64,000 bases of DNA from Ptychomitrium polyphyllum (Eukaryota): assembly GCA_973851085.1 (NCBI GenBank), contig OZ316775.1:22568001-22632000 (forward strand), read 5' to 3'. A program made the translations under genes and the position numbers. The notes below the pieces were generated by a model. It was not told where the DNA came from and searched no databases. It worked only from the letters and a program-made list of their open reading frames with translations. Shown piece after piece: positions 38,726 to 52,519 of the stretch (positions are counted from its first letter, which is position 1; every line of letters starts with the position of its first letter).

Positions 38726-40258
38726 CATGCTTCGAAAAGAATCAAGTTGTATATGTTCTTACCATATGCATGCTCCACAGATTGCTCTGTTTTGTGCTTC
38801 TCCTAAATTATTTCTGCAGAGAATAGCTTAGGATTGGATGACCATCGGTAGGAGACAGTTGTGAGTTTTGATGTTACGAGGTTGGATTTGAATGTCAGGA
38901 CTAATGTAGTTTTCTACTGTAGTTTATGAGGTGGAGCACTTTTAGGCTCTGGTTTTGGTGATTAGAGTGTAAATCGAGCTGCAAGTGCATACGTGAGTCA
39001 TGCTCATTGTGTATTCATTAAGCCGGAGGTACTGGTTGTCTTTTGGGTTGTATTGGGTTGATATAATGGTGGTTTTGGTTTTTTGTTAAAGCGACCTTTA
39101 AAAACTCATTCTCAATTCAAATTATATTCAAAGAAACATGATTCCAATTGTATTGGACTTAAAACCTTATTTTTTATCCACCAAAAATTGTCTAATGTAA
39201 TTTATACAATACTTGCAAAAGGGAGTCGTTCCTTAGGGCGTTGGCAATGACTAGGTCCACCTTAGTTCTAGTATACGGATCACTGTGCCTTGAGCTCAAC
39301 AATTGCCCTAGCCTCCAGGTTCCAAGTGCCTATGGAAGTTGAAAATTCCAGTTTCGGTTCCCCAAAATTGTTTCCAAAGATAAAGTTTGCTCCTAATCAT
39401 ACAGCACGATTCATCATCTGTCACAGTAGATCAATCGCCCAAGTCCCAGTCACCGCAGCCGGGTGCCCGTGGACGTAGTGTCAAGGGGCTTCCATTCCTC
39501 GGTTCATTTTTAGCCACTAGAATCCTTGTACACAAATATAGAGCATAGTCTTTTCTGCATATTTTATATGTTCTTCTTGGCGGCGACTTATTGAAATTAT
39601 TGTTTTCAATCTTACATGGTTTTAGTAGTAGTGGGTCTGTGAGATACTGAAATCAACCCAACTATCTCGGTAACAGTTTCTTTTATTATTCATGGAGAAA
39701 TTGAGTTATGTTCTGGTAAGCGTATGTTTGCTGTGTAATGGTGTACGAGAGCGTGTTTGGCTCTGCAAGCCACTTCGTGGAGTACGTAAAATTCAAACAC
39801 CTTTAGCTAATTCTCGAAGAGAGTATGTGTCAATTATTCATGTGTATGCCAGACTCTATAAATGCTGCGTCATGCTGTGTTACAACTTGGCCTCAGTATT
39901 GAAGGTCTGGCATCGTTCTTGGTACAATTAAAAAGATGTTTGGAAAATGTCCAACTATAACCAACATGATATTGGAATACAACACAACCAGGTCAGCCCA
40001 AACCTTCACGTGCTGTGTGATTGCTACAGCCAATACATTGTGGTACCGAAGTATCTCCTGTACAATGAGATTTGAATTCAGCATTTGAACTAATGGAAAC
40101 AAGTGCAAATTGACATCAGATAACAATCAGACTGCGGCTTTCAGTGGCAATAAGTTGAAATGACACATTTTTTCGACAGTAACCATGGCTGCCCATGATT
40201 CGAGCTCCAAAATAGAGCGTTGTTCTTATAATACAAGGTTAGGGATGTAAGCAGTGCC

Positions 40259-43200
40259 TCAGCCAATGGGGTTGCGGTTTTCATCAATATGAAGTGTTAA
40301 CGTGTGCCCTTCTTTCGCACCCTTTGGCCCCTGGCCATAGAGGGCTGGCAAATACGCTTTGTAGGCAGGCATGTATCTTGAAACAAAATCAGCCACCTGA
40401 AGAGCACAACACATTTACAACGTAAGAGGTACGGAATTCAAGAAAAAATCATATAAGTGTGAAAGGAGAAAGTGTCAGCGCATAATTGAACGCGATGAAT
40501 TTGCTACAATGAGGATCGATGCAGTTGTATCTGAAACAGAAGTCAAATAAGTTACTCAATAGGAATAACAAATTCGGTACTTATTTTTCAAATCGATCTA
40601 CTTACAGTTAGCTAGAATTACTGGCAACAAACAGCTCTTGAACAAGAGACACTAAGGAACGCATCGGGCTTTGGCATTCCATATAGAACAAAACACTTGT
40701 ACCACTAAAGAAGGACAAATAACTTTGCTCCAGTTCAAATCTGAGAAGGAAGAACAGAGAGCAGGTTGATCTGGTGGTGACAAAGTCTGGCAATGATGTC
40801 ATAACTAGGCTTTGCATAACATCTGTTTTTAAGAGAGGAGGTCTAGAACTGACCTCCTCGTCTGTCATTCCTGCCTTTCCATCCGCTCTCATCGCAACCT
40901 CCGCCTGGTCAAAATGATACATAATTTAGTCACATCTGGATCCTGGAAGATCCAACTGCAAATAGCTCCATCTTCATGTTTAACTTTCTTGCGAATCATA
41001 CTAGATCCAACGGGAGCTTGGTCTTGCAGCATCACGATCATCTTGCCCCTATTTATCAAAGTTGGCATATGGTGAACGAATTGATGCGACTTGCTTTTTC
41101 TTAAAAGGAATCCTACCGTCCTTCACCAAACGAGAGTATCCAAATTTCTCTCACTAAAACATGTTCAAACAAGTACGAGGAGAAGAGTCTATGACTTGGC
41201 TCATTCAAACGCAAAAGTGTGATGTGACCAAGTTACCAGAACACAGATACAATATGCGTCTGTTACCTGTAAACGCCACCTAAATACCCAATTAGGGTCG
41301 TCGACTTGGATGACGACCCAAGAATCGATCATTTTGTGCCACGCATCATAGTATGCTGACAAATGCTTGTTCACGGTAGCAAGCTGCACCAAAATTCTAC
41401 GTCAGACCACAATTTGGTGATAACTCCCTGTAATGTTTTACTTGAATCTTCCAATTTAACTACAACCTGTTAAAACAACAAAATACTGGCACACCTGGGG
41501 GTCAACGGCAGTGACGACGGATTCTTCTTGAGGTTCAAAACCCAGCATCCACCCTTCAAATAGCACCACCTGTGCAAGCCCTCAACGAGCAATAAAGAAA
41601 TCCTTGAGGTGCTGTTTTCATGGTACTTGCTGATCTCACTAAGGGACAGAAAAACGCTTGGAGGCTTTCCTGAGGAATAGTAGAAACGTGAAGACTGTAG
41701 CTTGTATTGGAACTTAAACCCAAAGACTCAACTTTAATCTACACGCAATACACATGCAATAAAGGTCGCTTTGAATTTCTAAATCAAACTTCGTCAAGTA
41801 GACCACCATCTAGCAGACTTCCAGCAGAGTAGCATGACACTGCTTCACAAATTCTGGCTCACAAAATACTATTGTGGTAAGACCGAGGAGAAACGATCTT
41901 GACAATAAATTCATATAAATGTATTATAAGGGCCAAAGTGAAGAGGAAAATACTACCTTTACTGGACCTTCGATCTCTGACCATTGTGATGGATCTGCGC
42001 GGTCCCCTGAACCAGCATTTGCACACTGCGGCATTCAGAGGGTTGTGTAAGATATTAGTACACCTCAACTTGGGTGTTCAGAACCCTATTAAGTATGTCT
42101 CCAACATAGCAGCCTTAACGTCTACATCACCATTACATGCCACTAAGATAATCATTAATAAGGTCTACAGAACCTCGACCTGAAATTTGTACTGAACAAT
42201 ATTGGAGAAGTAACGCAGTAGTTCAGTCAGGATTTACAGTGAAATTTAATGACAAAGAGGAAAAAAAGAATTCATTACCTTGTTATAGCGTGGAAGCTTC
42301 ACTTCTTTCCCTGCAAAACTCCGGAGAAAACAACGTTTAAAACAACCCCCACTTAACAAGCAGTTAGGTAACAATAACTTTCTTAGTAGGTGCATCAGAC
42401 GCTTGAAACCATATTGCGCTCAGCCAAATCAGCAAATAGTTCTCTTTTTAGTCTATACATGAGATTGCATGCGCCATAGGAGACGTTCTTGATTTTGGCT
42501 GAAAAGTCACTAGAAGATGGCTTGCTAAAACAAGGATGATGCGCCCCTTAATCGGACTGGGAAAACATAAATGCTGAACGGGAAAGCTAGGGTTTGATCC
42601 ATGCAGGTGGAGGCGAACCACTGGTAATGAGGCTTCGCAATGCCTTTAAGGTCTCAGTTCCAAGCTTTAAATCATGACTACCCGCGTTACCCCGCATCTG
42701 ATTACACAAATACAATGGTTTCATTGGAACAGAATATAGTGACTAAGCATACTCGGTAACCTCGAGGTAAGCGTCAAAGTGGGAGAAGAGCGAAGGTAGA
42801 GGATTGACCATGTAGTACTGAAATCAAGTTCCAACCAAAGCCCTGATAAGCAATGAGGGGCACACGTACCTCGAGAAGCTTATTTCCGGGATTGCATGCT
42901 GAGAGCCATTTCTGCAACATGCAAGCGGAGAAAAAGAATAGCATTAAAATTAAAGTGAAAATACTCCTCAAAGCACCTACATACTGTTCTGACAAGCCGG
43001 GTCGTATAAAACAGAGAAAATTCATCGCTGGGAGATGTGAAATAGGAATTTTAGTGCATACCTGTTCGGCTGCTGTAAGGTAAAAATCGTCAATTGAGAT
43101 AGAGGCAGCTCGACTGTTGAACCCAACACAATAACACAAACTCCTCCCAATCATAATCCAAGTACACATTGCAGCCGCGGAAAGCTTCAAAGGAGAATTA

Positions 43201-44908
43201 TAAATAAAAGGACTACAGTAGCGATTCACCTGCCAAGAGAGTTGAACAGGTACTCAAGGGAATAAACTATTGTTGTTTTACCGCAGCCCTGTGGAGCACT
43301 AATGCCGATCTGCCCATGTGATAATCAGGAGACATGCAGGTGATAAGAAGTTGCTCAACCAAACATTGCAACTGATCAGTAAGACATTTCAAAACCAATA
43401 TCATCTTCTCAGTTGCTCCTCGCTAATATGGTAAAAATTGTTTCAATGGCCCAGCTTCTAATATACAATACTTACTTGTGAAACCGCGAATTTCTGCCTA
43501 AACCTAGACAGAAATTTGTTTCAAGTACCTGGTGTTGATTGTTCACAACAAGCATCCTTGGTGAAGCAAGCTTTCGTGCTGTAATGCATTATCGTGAAAA
43601 GAAGAGAACACGAAGGTGTTAATTACCACAAAAGCTGGCACTGATTCGCCTGGCTTGAACTGAGAAGTATAAGTTTCCAGCTCGCGCTTGCACCATAGAA
43701 ATACCGGCACATAGTAATGATAGATGCGAACTTTCTCAGACTGAGAGAGTGCAAATTCATCAAACTGCAGTTGGCGTGAGAGCTTGACTCCTAACGCCAG
43801 CCACTCGTCAATCCGCTGTCCGACCATTTCTGAGGTAAACCCTATCTTCTTCAGCAGAGGCCCACTGAACACGAGCAAGCCAAGGAGAAGGAAAACTCAA
43901 GTTAAGAGCATACGAAGAGGCCACAAAATCAATCACATCATCTCAGTCCGTTCAGATTCAAAAAGACCTCTCTAACTAAGACATCACCCACCTATCTTGC
44001 TTGTGTTGCCTCCTTGCGACTAAGAGCTAATCTACTAACAACGCCATTCTGTTAGGCTGTCAAATAGCAAAAGAAAACAAGCTAATCGACTAACCACGTG
44101 AAGATATTTGTAAGCTGTTTCTCATCTTTGTGAAGAACGGGTGCTACCCTAAAATTAAAAATCCAAGCAATAGATTTTAACCTGGCAGTTGCTTCCATTA
44201 CCCTCTTGCACGTCACACAGCTTAAGCAGAATTTGCGTGGCGGCTTCATTTCAAGAATTAATCCATCTCAAATCCACTCATTCTTTCTTTCAGATTGTAA
44301 CCTTTTCCAATTTCCTCTTCAACCGGCATCCTTGGCATATTCTTGAAAATTCACCATCGCCATCGTCTCTTTGACTGCACTTAGTTCGATGTTTCTCAAC
44401 CATGATCAGTCTCTCACACACCCCTCCTTACAAGAGAGTGCATAGAAACTAACTAATCACTACTTACTGCTTCATATCACCTAGTATCCAAAGCTATTTC
44501 ACACTACTGAAGATGACTCTTTTGCACTACTCGTCGTGCATTCAATCCTCAAATCGCCAAATCCTGATCAAGAGAAAACAAAGAAAGCATTAACAACCAG
44601 GAAGATCACCTGCAAATGAAGTCGTATAAGTTCAGCACAGGAAAGGTAGACAACTTCGGAGGCTCTGAACTCTCAGCCTTGATCCCTCTCGCTACCTTCT
44701 TCACGACCTCCCCTGCCAATCCCACCTCGCCCACGTAGACCTCCATCACACCCCTCCTGCGCCTCGGAAGTGCCACCACTCTCCCCCTCACGGAGCTCTC
44801 CAGCACAAGCCTACTCTTCCCAACGGCCCTGAACGAACCCACGGGCGTCGCCATGGGCGTCGCCATGGACGCCGCAGTAGTCGACCTCAGCATGACAGCA
44901 ACCTCCAT
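40259..44908 (-). CDS. GLYK: D-glycerate 3-kinase, plastid-targeted (photorespiration), ~12 exons
   Basis: Transit-peptide-like N-terminus; RIYHYYVPVFLWC; Walker A IGISAPQGCGKTT; SISIDDFYLT; RGNAGSHDL; LPRYNK; VLFEGWMLGF; WRLQAE; FVSRYMPAYKAYLPALY. Exon phases checked were consistent. Confidence 0.93.
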
Positions 44909-47073
44909 CTCGCACAAAGCTTCTCCGGATCCGCTCTCCCAGCTCTGCAGACCGAAATCCTAACCTCTGATTCAACAATGTGATGCGCAATCTCAAAAGA
45001 ACAGGGCAAAACCTGACCGAATTCCAAGTCCCAATGTTCAAGATTCCTGGAATTGCAAAGCTTATATCATGTAACCCTGCAAGACGATCTCACACATGAA
45101 CTCATCAGAGATGAATTAAGATCATATGACAGAATGAGTGAGCCACACTTGGAAGAAAGCTCCAAAATGGGATGGGACCCAGACGCAAGCAACGCAGTCA
45201 GGACCTTTGATGGGAAAAGGGCAGTGGACATGCCATGCCTACCGGAACTCTGCAATCTAACATACAGACAGACTCATCAATCTGGTGCCATCATGATCGA
45301 GATTTGTGAAGAACAGACAGTGGGTTTCAATGATCCCATGATTCGACGATGATCAAATAATGGTGTGATGGGGACTCCCTCACGCTGCATGCATTTTGCA
45401 GTCTGAGTTTTTGAGTTTGGTTTCGACGGGGTTGTTTGAGGGGAAGGGCCGGCGTACCAAGAACCGTCACTAATTGCAAAATGCACTGGTCGGCATTATC
45501 TACGCCTTTTGTAGCTTCAATTGTCAGTTTGTGGAAAAGTAGATGATGTTCGTTTTGGGACCGTGACGGTTTTCCATGGTAACTTCCTGTGAACTGTGCA
45601 TCTCATATTGTTTTTGTGATGAGCACCAAAAACCGTCACTGGACCCCAGATGTGTCACTAGCTTGAAGGGTCCGGCTGGATTTCTTTGTAATACAGAGGG
45701 GTACAGGGAGGAATTTTGGAACAGTGTTCACCCAAATTCATCCTCTCATGGCATAATAGAGCAGGAATAATAGAGCAGAAAGAGGCCGTACCCTTTCCAA
45801 GTATGGGAACTGTGAGTATGTGTGACATTTAGCTGAGTTAGAAAGTGCAATATTCTGCGTATATGGTGTTTTGAAAGGACATCCTACGGCACTGCTCTTG
45901 AATGTCATGGGCTTGTAGCACCAGTGTACTTGATGTACATCCATTCAGGACCCTTCAGTACCCCATAGGCGTTAATGGCTTTAGAGTCCGGGGAGAGCAA
46001 AGTGAGATTGTGATTGCGGACACAGTTCTGTATAACATCCTGTGATGAAGAACCCGTTGGTATACTTGGAGCAGATTGCCCAGGATAGTCAGTGACCAAT
46101 GGCCGGGACCTTGTTTGTTCTGATATTGCTGCCTGCAATTCTAGTTTAAAGGAGACGGACTGGACCTTGTACGAGTCAACAGCTGTCAACAAAAACTTGG
46201 TAAGCATGAAGCAACAAAATAATGGAAGTCGCAGACGACGGCCAAAGGTAGTAGATTAATGCTCGGGGTTGTCTGGCTCATCTTCATTATGGCTGGTATC
46301 TCAGACCAAAATGAGCCAGGGAAGGAAGAAAGCTGAGGAGGTATTTCTTTGCTATGCTTTATTTCTAGCGAATGATTGTCAAGCTAGCAGTGCAAAGATT
46401 CAGGATATAGTCCTTGGTTCTGACATGCATTAGCTGCGTCTTGGAGTTCCGAAAAAATTGTCTCTCTTGGGGTGTCCTGGACACATTCATAATTGGGATT
46501 TTTGTCCACATACTTCACGTAAGGTGTTTTTAGAGGTGTGGAATTTAAAACCTTGATTTGCAATACTATTGGATTTCATCAAGAACTTTACAATTGTCGA
46601 TACCAATCATCAAGCTCATCGAAGTTGTATTTAAGGAATTTCAACATACATCAAGTTTTTGACAAATCCCTTGTGAATTTAAGTTTCTCGTATATATATC
46701 ATGAGTTCGTAGAATATTGGTTGTGAAAAATCGCAACCCTGTCAGAGAGAGCGGACATCAAACAGTTCCACACGACAGGAGGGGAATCAGGGTTCAATCT
46801 GGACTGAAATTTCTTAACTTTGTTTTTATAATTTTATAATCGAGGAAAAAAAGGGATGCATGGAGTGATACTGGGACATGAGCACCTTCATAACTCACTG
46901 GACTAGTTCAGACTCATTTAACACTTGTTCACTGCAAATGCCATTTTGCAACAGCAGCTGAAAAATAAGTCTAGAAAAGATACAGCAAGAAGGTCACACA
47001 CAAAAAAGACAGCCAATTCAGATGTAAATCTACGTAACAGGGTGTACGAATTGCGTTTGAAACCGTCCAATAA

Positions 47074-49974
47074 TCAACACTTCAAGAGCCCTGAAGCGTG
47101 GGCCACATCATGGTAAAGACGAAACCACAAAGGCACAGCAGTTCGGACAGCCTCCAAGCCAGGCTTAGAGTCAAAATCCAACATGAAAACGTTCAGATTC
47201 ATTGCATTTGAATCCGCACAGTTGTCACCTACCGAACACAAGGACGCCTCGAGCATCTTTCCCACATAATGGAAGCAGGCGGTTAAGAGCTTATTGATGT
47301 CTTGCAAGAAGGTGGTCATCACCTGGACGTCGTTCTTCGCTAGGTGCACATTCTGCTGCTTTTCTCTACTGAGAAGACGACGAAGCTGTTGACTGGCGAG
47401 CGGGAATGCGCCACGATCGCCGTAAGCCTTAAAGTCTCGGGATGCCTGAGTGCTAGCAGCGTCCACTTGCTGAATCAGACCTTGCACATGAACCATTCTG
47501 TCTTTGATCTCGATGAACCTCTCCACCATTGAAAGTGCTTGCTCCATGCCACAGAGGGGAGAGGCTACTTCCTCAGAGGTCGACTCTTGGGTACTTGAGA
47601 TGAGCGTTGAATGAGCAGCTCTCAACGCGTCAACGGTGAACTGGGTAACATAAGATCGGCACACCTTGCTCGAGGCTGTGAAATTACCCGCAGGCAACGG
47701 GAATATAGGAACAGGGCAGCATAGAGGGTATGCACAAGGAGTACGCATGTCTGCTTTGAGAGTATGAGGGCAATGGAGCTCCAAAATTTGAGTGCAGCAC
47801 CGCATAAGCTCTGCTTCATCCACGTTTGAAGACGACCTACATCCTCCACCTGTCTGACCACACTCCGAGCACACTCCCTCGTGCCGACGAGTCGGAACCT
47901 CCTCTGACCCAGTTACATCTCCAACAGGATTTTCGTTATTTCCTTCACGTTCATACGCATCGACTTCCTCGACATCAACCTTCTGCATACTGGTTCTCGG
48001 CAGCTGGTCAGGATTTCCAATATTCACGTCAGAATAAAAGTCATGCTCGAAGTACTTGCAACGCTGATCTACCGAGCCGTTTAAAACTGTGGCTCTTGAA
48101 GTTGGAGCTTCAACTCTGCCTTCATGACGCTCAGCATTCTCCAAATCAGATTTAGAGACCTCCAACCCAGCGATGGTGGATGGGATGGATTGCAGGTAAG
48201 GCTCAAGTGAGTCGCTAGTAGCAAACTGGTTGGTGACACCGACTCTATGCTCAACAACATCGTGTAATGTCTCTAACAGCCCGTCCAAAGGAACCGAGAT
48301 CTCTTCACCTGCTGCTATAGATCTCACTTCCCCATCATCTGCATGACCTGCAATTGGCCTAGGATTGAATTTATAATTGGTGTTAACAGGAATATAACAG
48401 TCACTGCTCTGCACGGGACGCTCGGCAGTAAGCCCCAAACCGGCTGCCAAATTTCTTGTCGATTCTCCTGGGTTTGCAGAATCATGCTTAAGAGGTGTAC
48501 ACGTGCTTGATGCTCGACCGTTAGAGACGGCCGCCGCAGAACCTCCATTACATAGAGGCATTTGAACTTGGTTAATCGAATATAAACTTCCGTTCAAATT
48601 CTTCTCACCCACGTCTACTACTTCCTGCCTCAGCGAGAGCCGCCTGCTTTGCAGTAATTTGGAGAATGTCAGTGAAAAGGAGACAAACATCAACGAAACT
48701 TCGAATAATATAATTTAATGCGAAAAAGAACCAGACTTGACTGAGTGCATACGGTCCATGGGAAGATTGCACGACAACACTGGGATGCTACGGAACTCCT
48801 GCAACGAAAAAGTATTCTTTGGCTTTATAAAAGCAATAGAGGCATTCAGCTTTCTCAATCAATTCAGCGCCCTCTACACATTTGTTTCTCCATTGCACAT
48901 GCAATTCGAGCGAGTAGGTGCAAAATGAACAGAACCGAAGTTACTGACCAGGGAATGAATGGCAGGGAATTATGACAGACATGCGTTTCACCAGCGACTC
49001 AGAGTCCGAAAATGAGTAGAAGCGCCTTGCGTCCAAAGCCTTCCTGCCCAAACGCACAGCTTCTTGATGCGCTCTCGCGCCCTGCTGCAAAGAGACACCG
49101 TGAACTTGTGCTATGCATCCGACTATCCATTGCATACAACGAGAATGTACATAATGGTTACACCCTTCTGTGAAGAAAATCGTAAGCCTCTAATATATCG
49201 TCCCCCTCGTCAAAAAGTAGCAGTGTGAAAACGAATAGAGTATAAACTTTTCAAAATCGCTAGAAAAGCAAGGAAAGTAGACCTTACCGTGTCGTGCATG
49301 TAAGGTAAGAACGTCAATGGGTGTCCTTCTTCAGCAGATGCATATATTTCTGGAACAGGAGATCCTTTAGGCCCAAGTTGTGCAAAAATCTCCTGAACGG
49401 CCAAACCGTCAGATTCTGAGCCTTCATCTTGATCATCCTCACCCTTCCGTTTAACGACTGAGCTCAAGTACATGAAATGCGCATGCTTGGCTAGAATGTA
49501 TGGTCTTCTACCAACCCGAGCAATCTGGGCTCGCCGAGTCATAGCAGAGGGAAGTGCTGAAGTTGGGGGAATATCAAGAACCTCTCGGTACTTATCATCT
49601 TCAAAGATGTACATAAGAGTCAGATGTGGTACCAAAATATTTCAACAAGGAGTTCAGAAGCTGAAGCAGAATTGCAAGCATCGATATAAACATTCCTGAA
49701 GATGCACCTGCTTTCCTTTTCAAGCGACTGCAGTGCTGTCGTTGGAATACTGGAACAAAGCACAGATTTCAATATAGCATTTCCATTTCCAGGCAAAGAT
49801 AATACAGCAAACAAGAAAAACCAACTCACCTAATGGATTGACAACTCCGCAGCTACGGCAGGTCTTGATTAGAGGATCGTCCACTCGAAGAACAGGTAAC
49901 GAGCTTGCACAGACCAGACAAGGAGTGATAGGTAGCCCACACGCTTGGCAACCAAATGCTTCCGCTGCCGTCAT
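47074..49974 (-). CDS. Uncharacterised multi-exon Cys-rich protein (N-terminal CxxC pairs, large terminal exon); model partly unresolved
   Basis: 539-codon ORF 47074-48693, plus upstream exon-like ORFs bounded by GT/AG at ~48745-48900, 48985-49167, 49288-49735 and 49830-49974 (CQAC..CLVC..CRSC). No family recognised; frames do not join cleanly near 49637 and 49288. Confidence 0.55.
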
Positions 49975-52519
49975 GATGCAGTTTCTGTTTCTACACAATG
50001 CTTATGACAAGATTCCACGGCAGATATGCTCTCCATTCTGCAACGTAACTGATCCCCCGCAAGAATAAGGAGTGCCTCATACTAAGTCATTGCAATACTC
50101 ATGAAGATTTCTATATGCTAATGCGAGACGTGAGCCAAATGTCCTTAACGGTGTAGTAAAGAAAGCTCATGAAGATTTTCTGCCAAATGTGCATCCTAAA
50201 ACTCAACCGCATGAAGTTTTGAAGAATAACCCATCAACTGCCATCAGCGGCCTTAGTTTTGAAAAATAATCCAAAGTGTTAGAAAATCTGTAAAAGTTCT
50301 ATGCTCTCCAAAACCTAGAGCTCTACTCGAATCTTGACGTTCTCTGACAGCCGAGGCGTGAAAACAGAGTTAAGGAGGTGTGATACATCAAGCTTCGACG
50401 GATGAACTCAAAAGAAAGAAACTACGACATAACGCCTCTCGAAACTTGTCACCTTCCAAAATCAAGTCACAGCGATAATAACATCAGCTTCTTCCCATTC
50501 CAGCTCTCAATTTGTTGTTGCACATCCCCATTGCAACAATCAATAACCACGGTCTCCACATCCTACCCACTAAATCCAAAAAGACAAGAAAAAACAAAAA
50601 AAAGTGAGGGGGGGGAGAAAACATCTGGTAAGCTACTCAGGTTGGACCATCAAAACCCAACACATATCTTATCTCCCAAACCTTAAGAAATCAACCCAGA
50701 CCGCAACTCACCACCCACAACGCAATCCCGACCTGCACTATTGATCGAAATTCCAGAAATAAACTAAAAAGAAATCGAAACGAGATTCAAACAACGGCGA
50801 TGGAACAGTAAAGAACCACAGCTTACCAAGATTCTTGACCACTAAACCTTCCAAACGCTGTACGACGCGACCAAAGACACAGAATCGCGAAAGAAAACCC
50901 CCAAGAGAAAGTGGGGCATCTGAGACATTTGGCGACAGCAAAGTTGCCTACAACTACACCCTAACTCGTCAAAGTGCTTGGAAACAAAGGAGGGACTGCA
51001 ACTTCTCAAAGAGCTGCATCGCTATGTCCGCCGGCCGCTCGAGTCTTCCCGAAGAAGCCACTCCCTCCGGATGACGTGGAGACTAGGTCTGATCTGGGCG
51101 CCTTGTGCGCCGAGGTGTCAGCCGCGACGCCGCAACAATCGCGCTTGTCTTCCAACTCCAGCTCTGTTTCTGCGACATCATAGATGCGTTTCGAGCAAAC
51201 TGCAACTGCTGGGGATGGGTGCCGCAATGGCATCGACTGCCTCGCATTTTCTGACTCGAGCTCATCTTCCCTCTCGGACATCGTCGTCTCGTTTTAGGAC
51301 GTGGATGTGCCGTCTCGGAGCCTCTGGTTTGAAGCCTGTGGGATTTGGTCGGGACGAGTAGCAGATCATCTCCCGGGAGGTTTTCACTAGCAGTGTGGCT
51401 GTTGATTCGCCAGTTGGAATAATCCTGCGAGGGTTTAGTAATACATATTCAAGACGGTTAGTTCAGTTTAGTTGCCGAACTGGCGGCTTTCGGCTGCAAA
51501 GTACGTGTAGCTGCTGTCTCTTTGCACTTCTTGCAGATTCAGGATTAGGGAAACAGAGGAGGAAGCTGTGTGGTTGTCATCTCTTACAGTTTGGAGGGCC
51601 ACATTATGAAGCGTCTCTTCATGAAAGCTGCTGGAGTTGGGCAGGCAGTTGAAGAGGAGGACTTGGGATTTGATTTGCCCCTCACTGCAACTGAGTACCG
51701 ACATCTTCCAGGCGAGATCAGACATAGCAGGTACACGAGAAGGAAATACCTTGACGAGCAAAGGAATGGTTCTTATGACCTCCCGTGCTCTGAAAAGTTT
51801 CTAAACAAGTATTTGGCATTAATGTTTGTAGGATGTGAACACTGGCCATAGCTCTATATGCAACTCCAAAAGCAAGATCTAACCAAACGATACAAAGATC
51901 ACAATTCTGGAATGCAATATGCCTAAAAGGTGCAGGCTCCATCGACGAATATATGCCAACAAAGCTTCCCGACATCATACTCCAACAAAACTTTCCAACT
52001 CATGTCGATGAGCTATGTGAGAGACACCATGAAGGAGAAGTACCTCGCAGTATTGAGGAGTCCCAAAAGCCAGCTCTCAATAACGACCCTCCCATGACCA
52101 CTGGAACGTCAACACACTAACAAGTTGCATCAATGTCACCTACCATGAACTGCAGCTCACTAAATGATGATTAGAAAGGAGTATCTATTGATACGTTCAA
52201 AAGTTTGCACAAGTTGGCGAACTCTCCCACCGTCACATGGTGTCCCAGGGAACTTGCTTGTCGCTCTCTCAATCGCCATGATTGGCAGCCAATCTCGTGC
52301 TTCATTTCTATCGGTGATTGCTTGTGCTGGTGTACGATGGACATTTATAATAAGCGTCTCTTCACATAAGTGTATTTTGAACTAAGGTAAGTTACTTGTT
52401 TTATACTCACATTTGTCAATGTGCCTCCTATTATTTACTTAAAGAGGTAATAGCAATTACTTGTAGATTGGACGCTACCTCAAAATGATAATCTTCTGCA
52501 TTGTTGTATAGTTTCTTAC

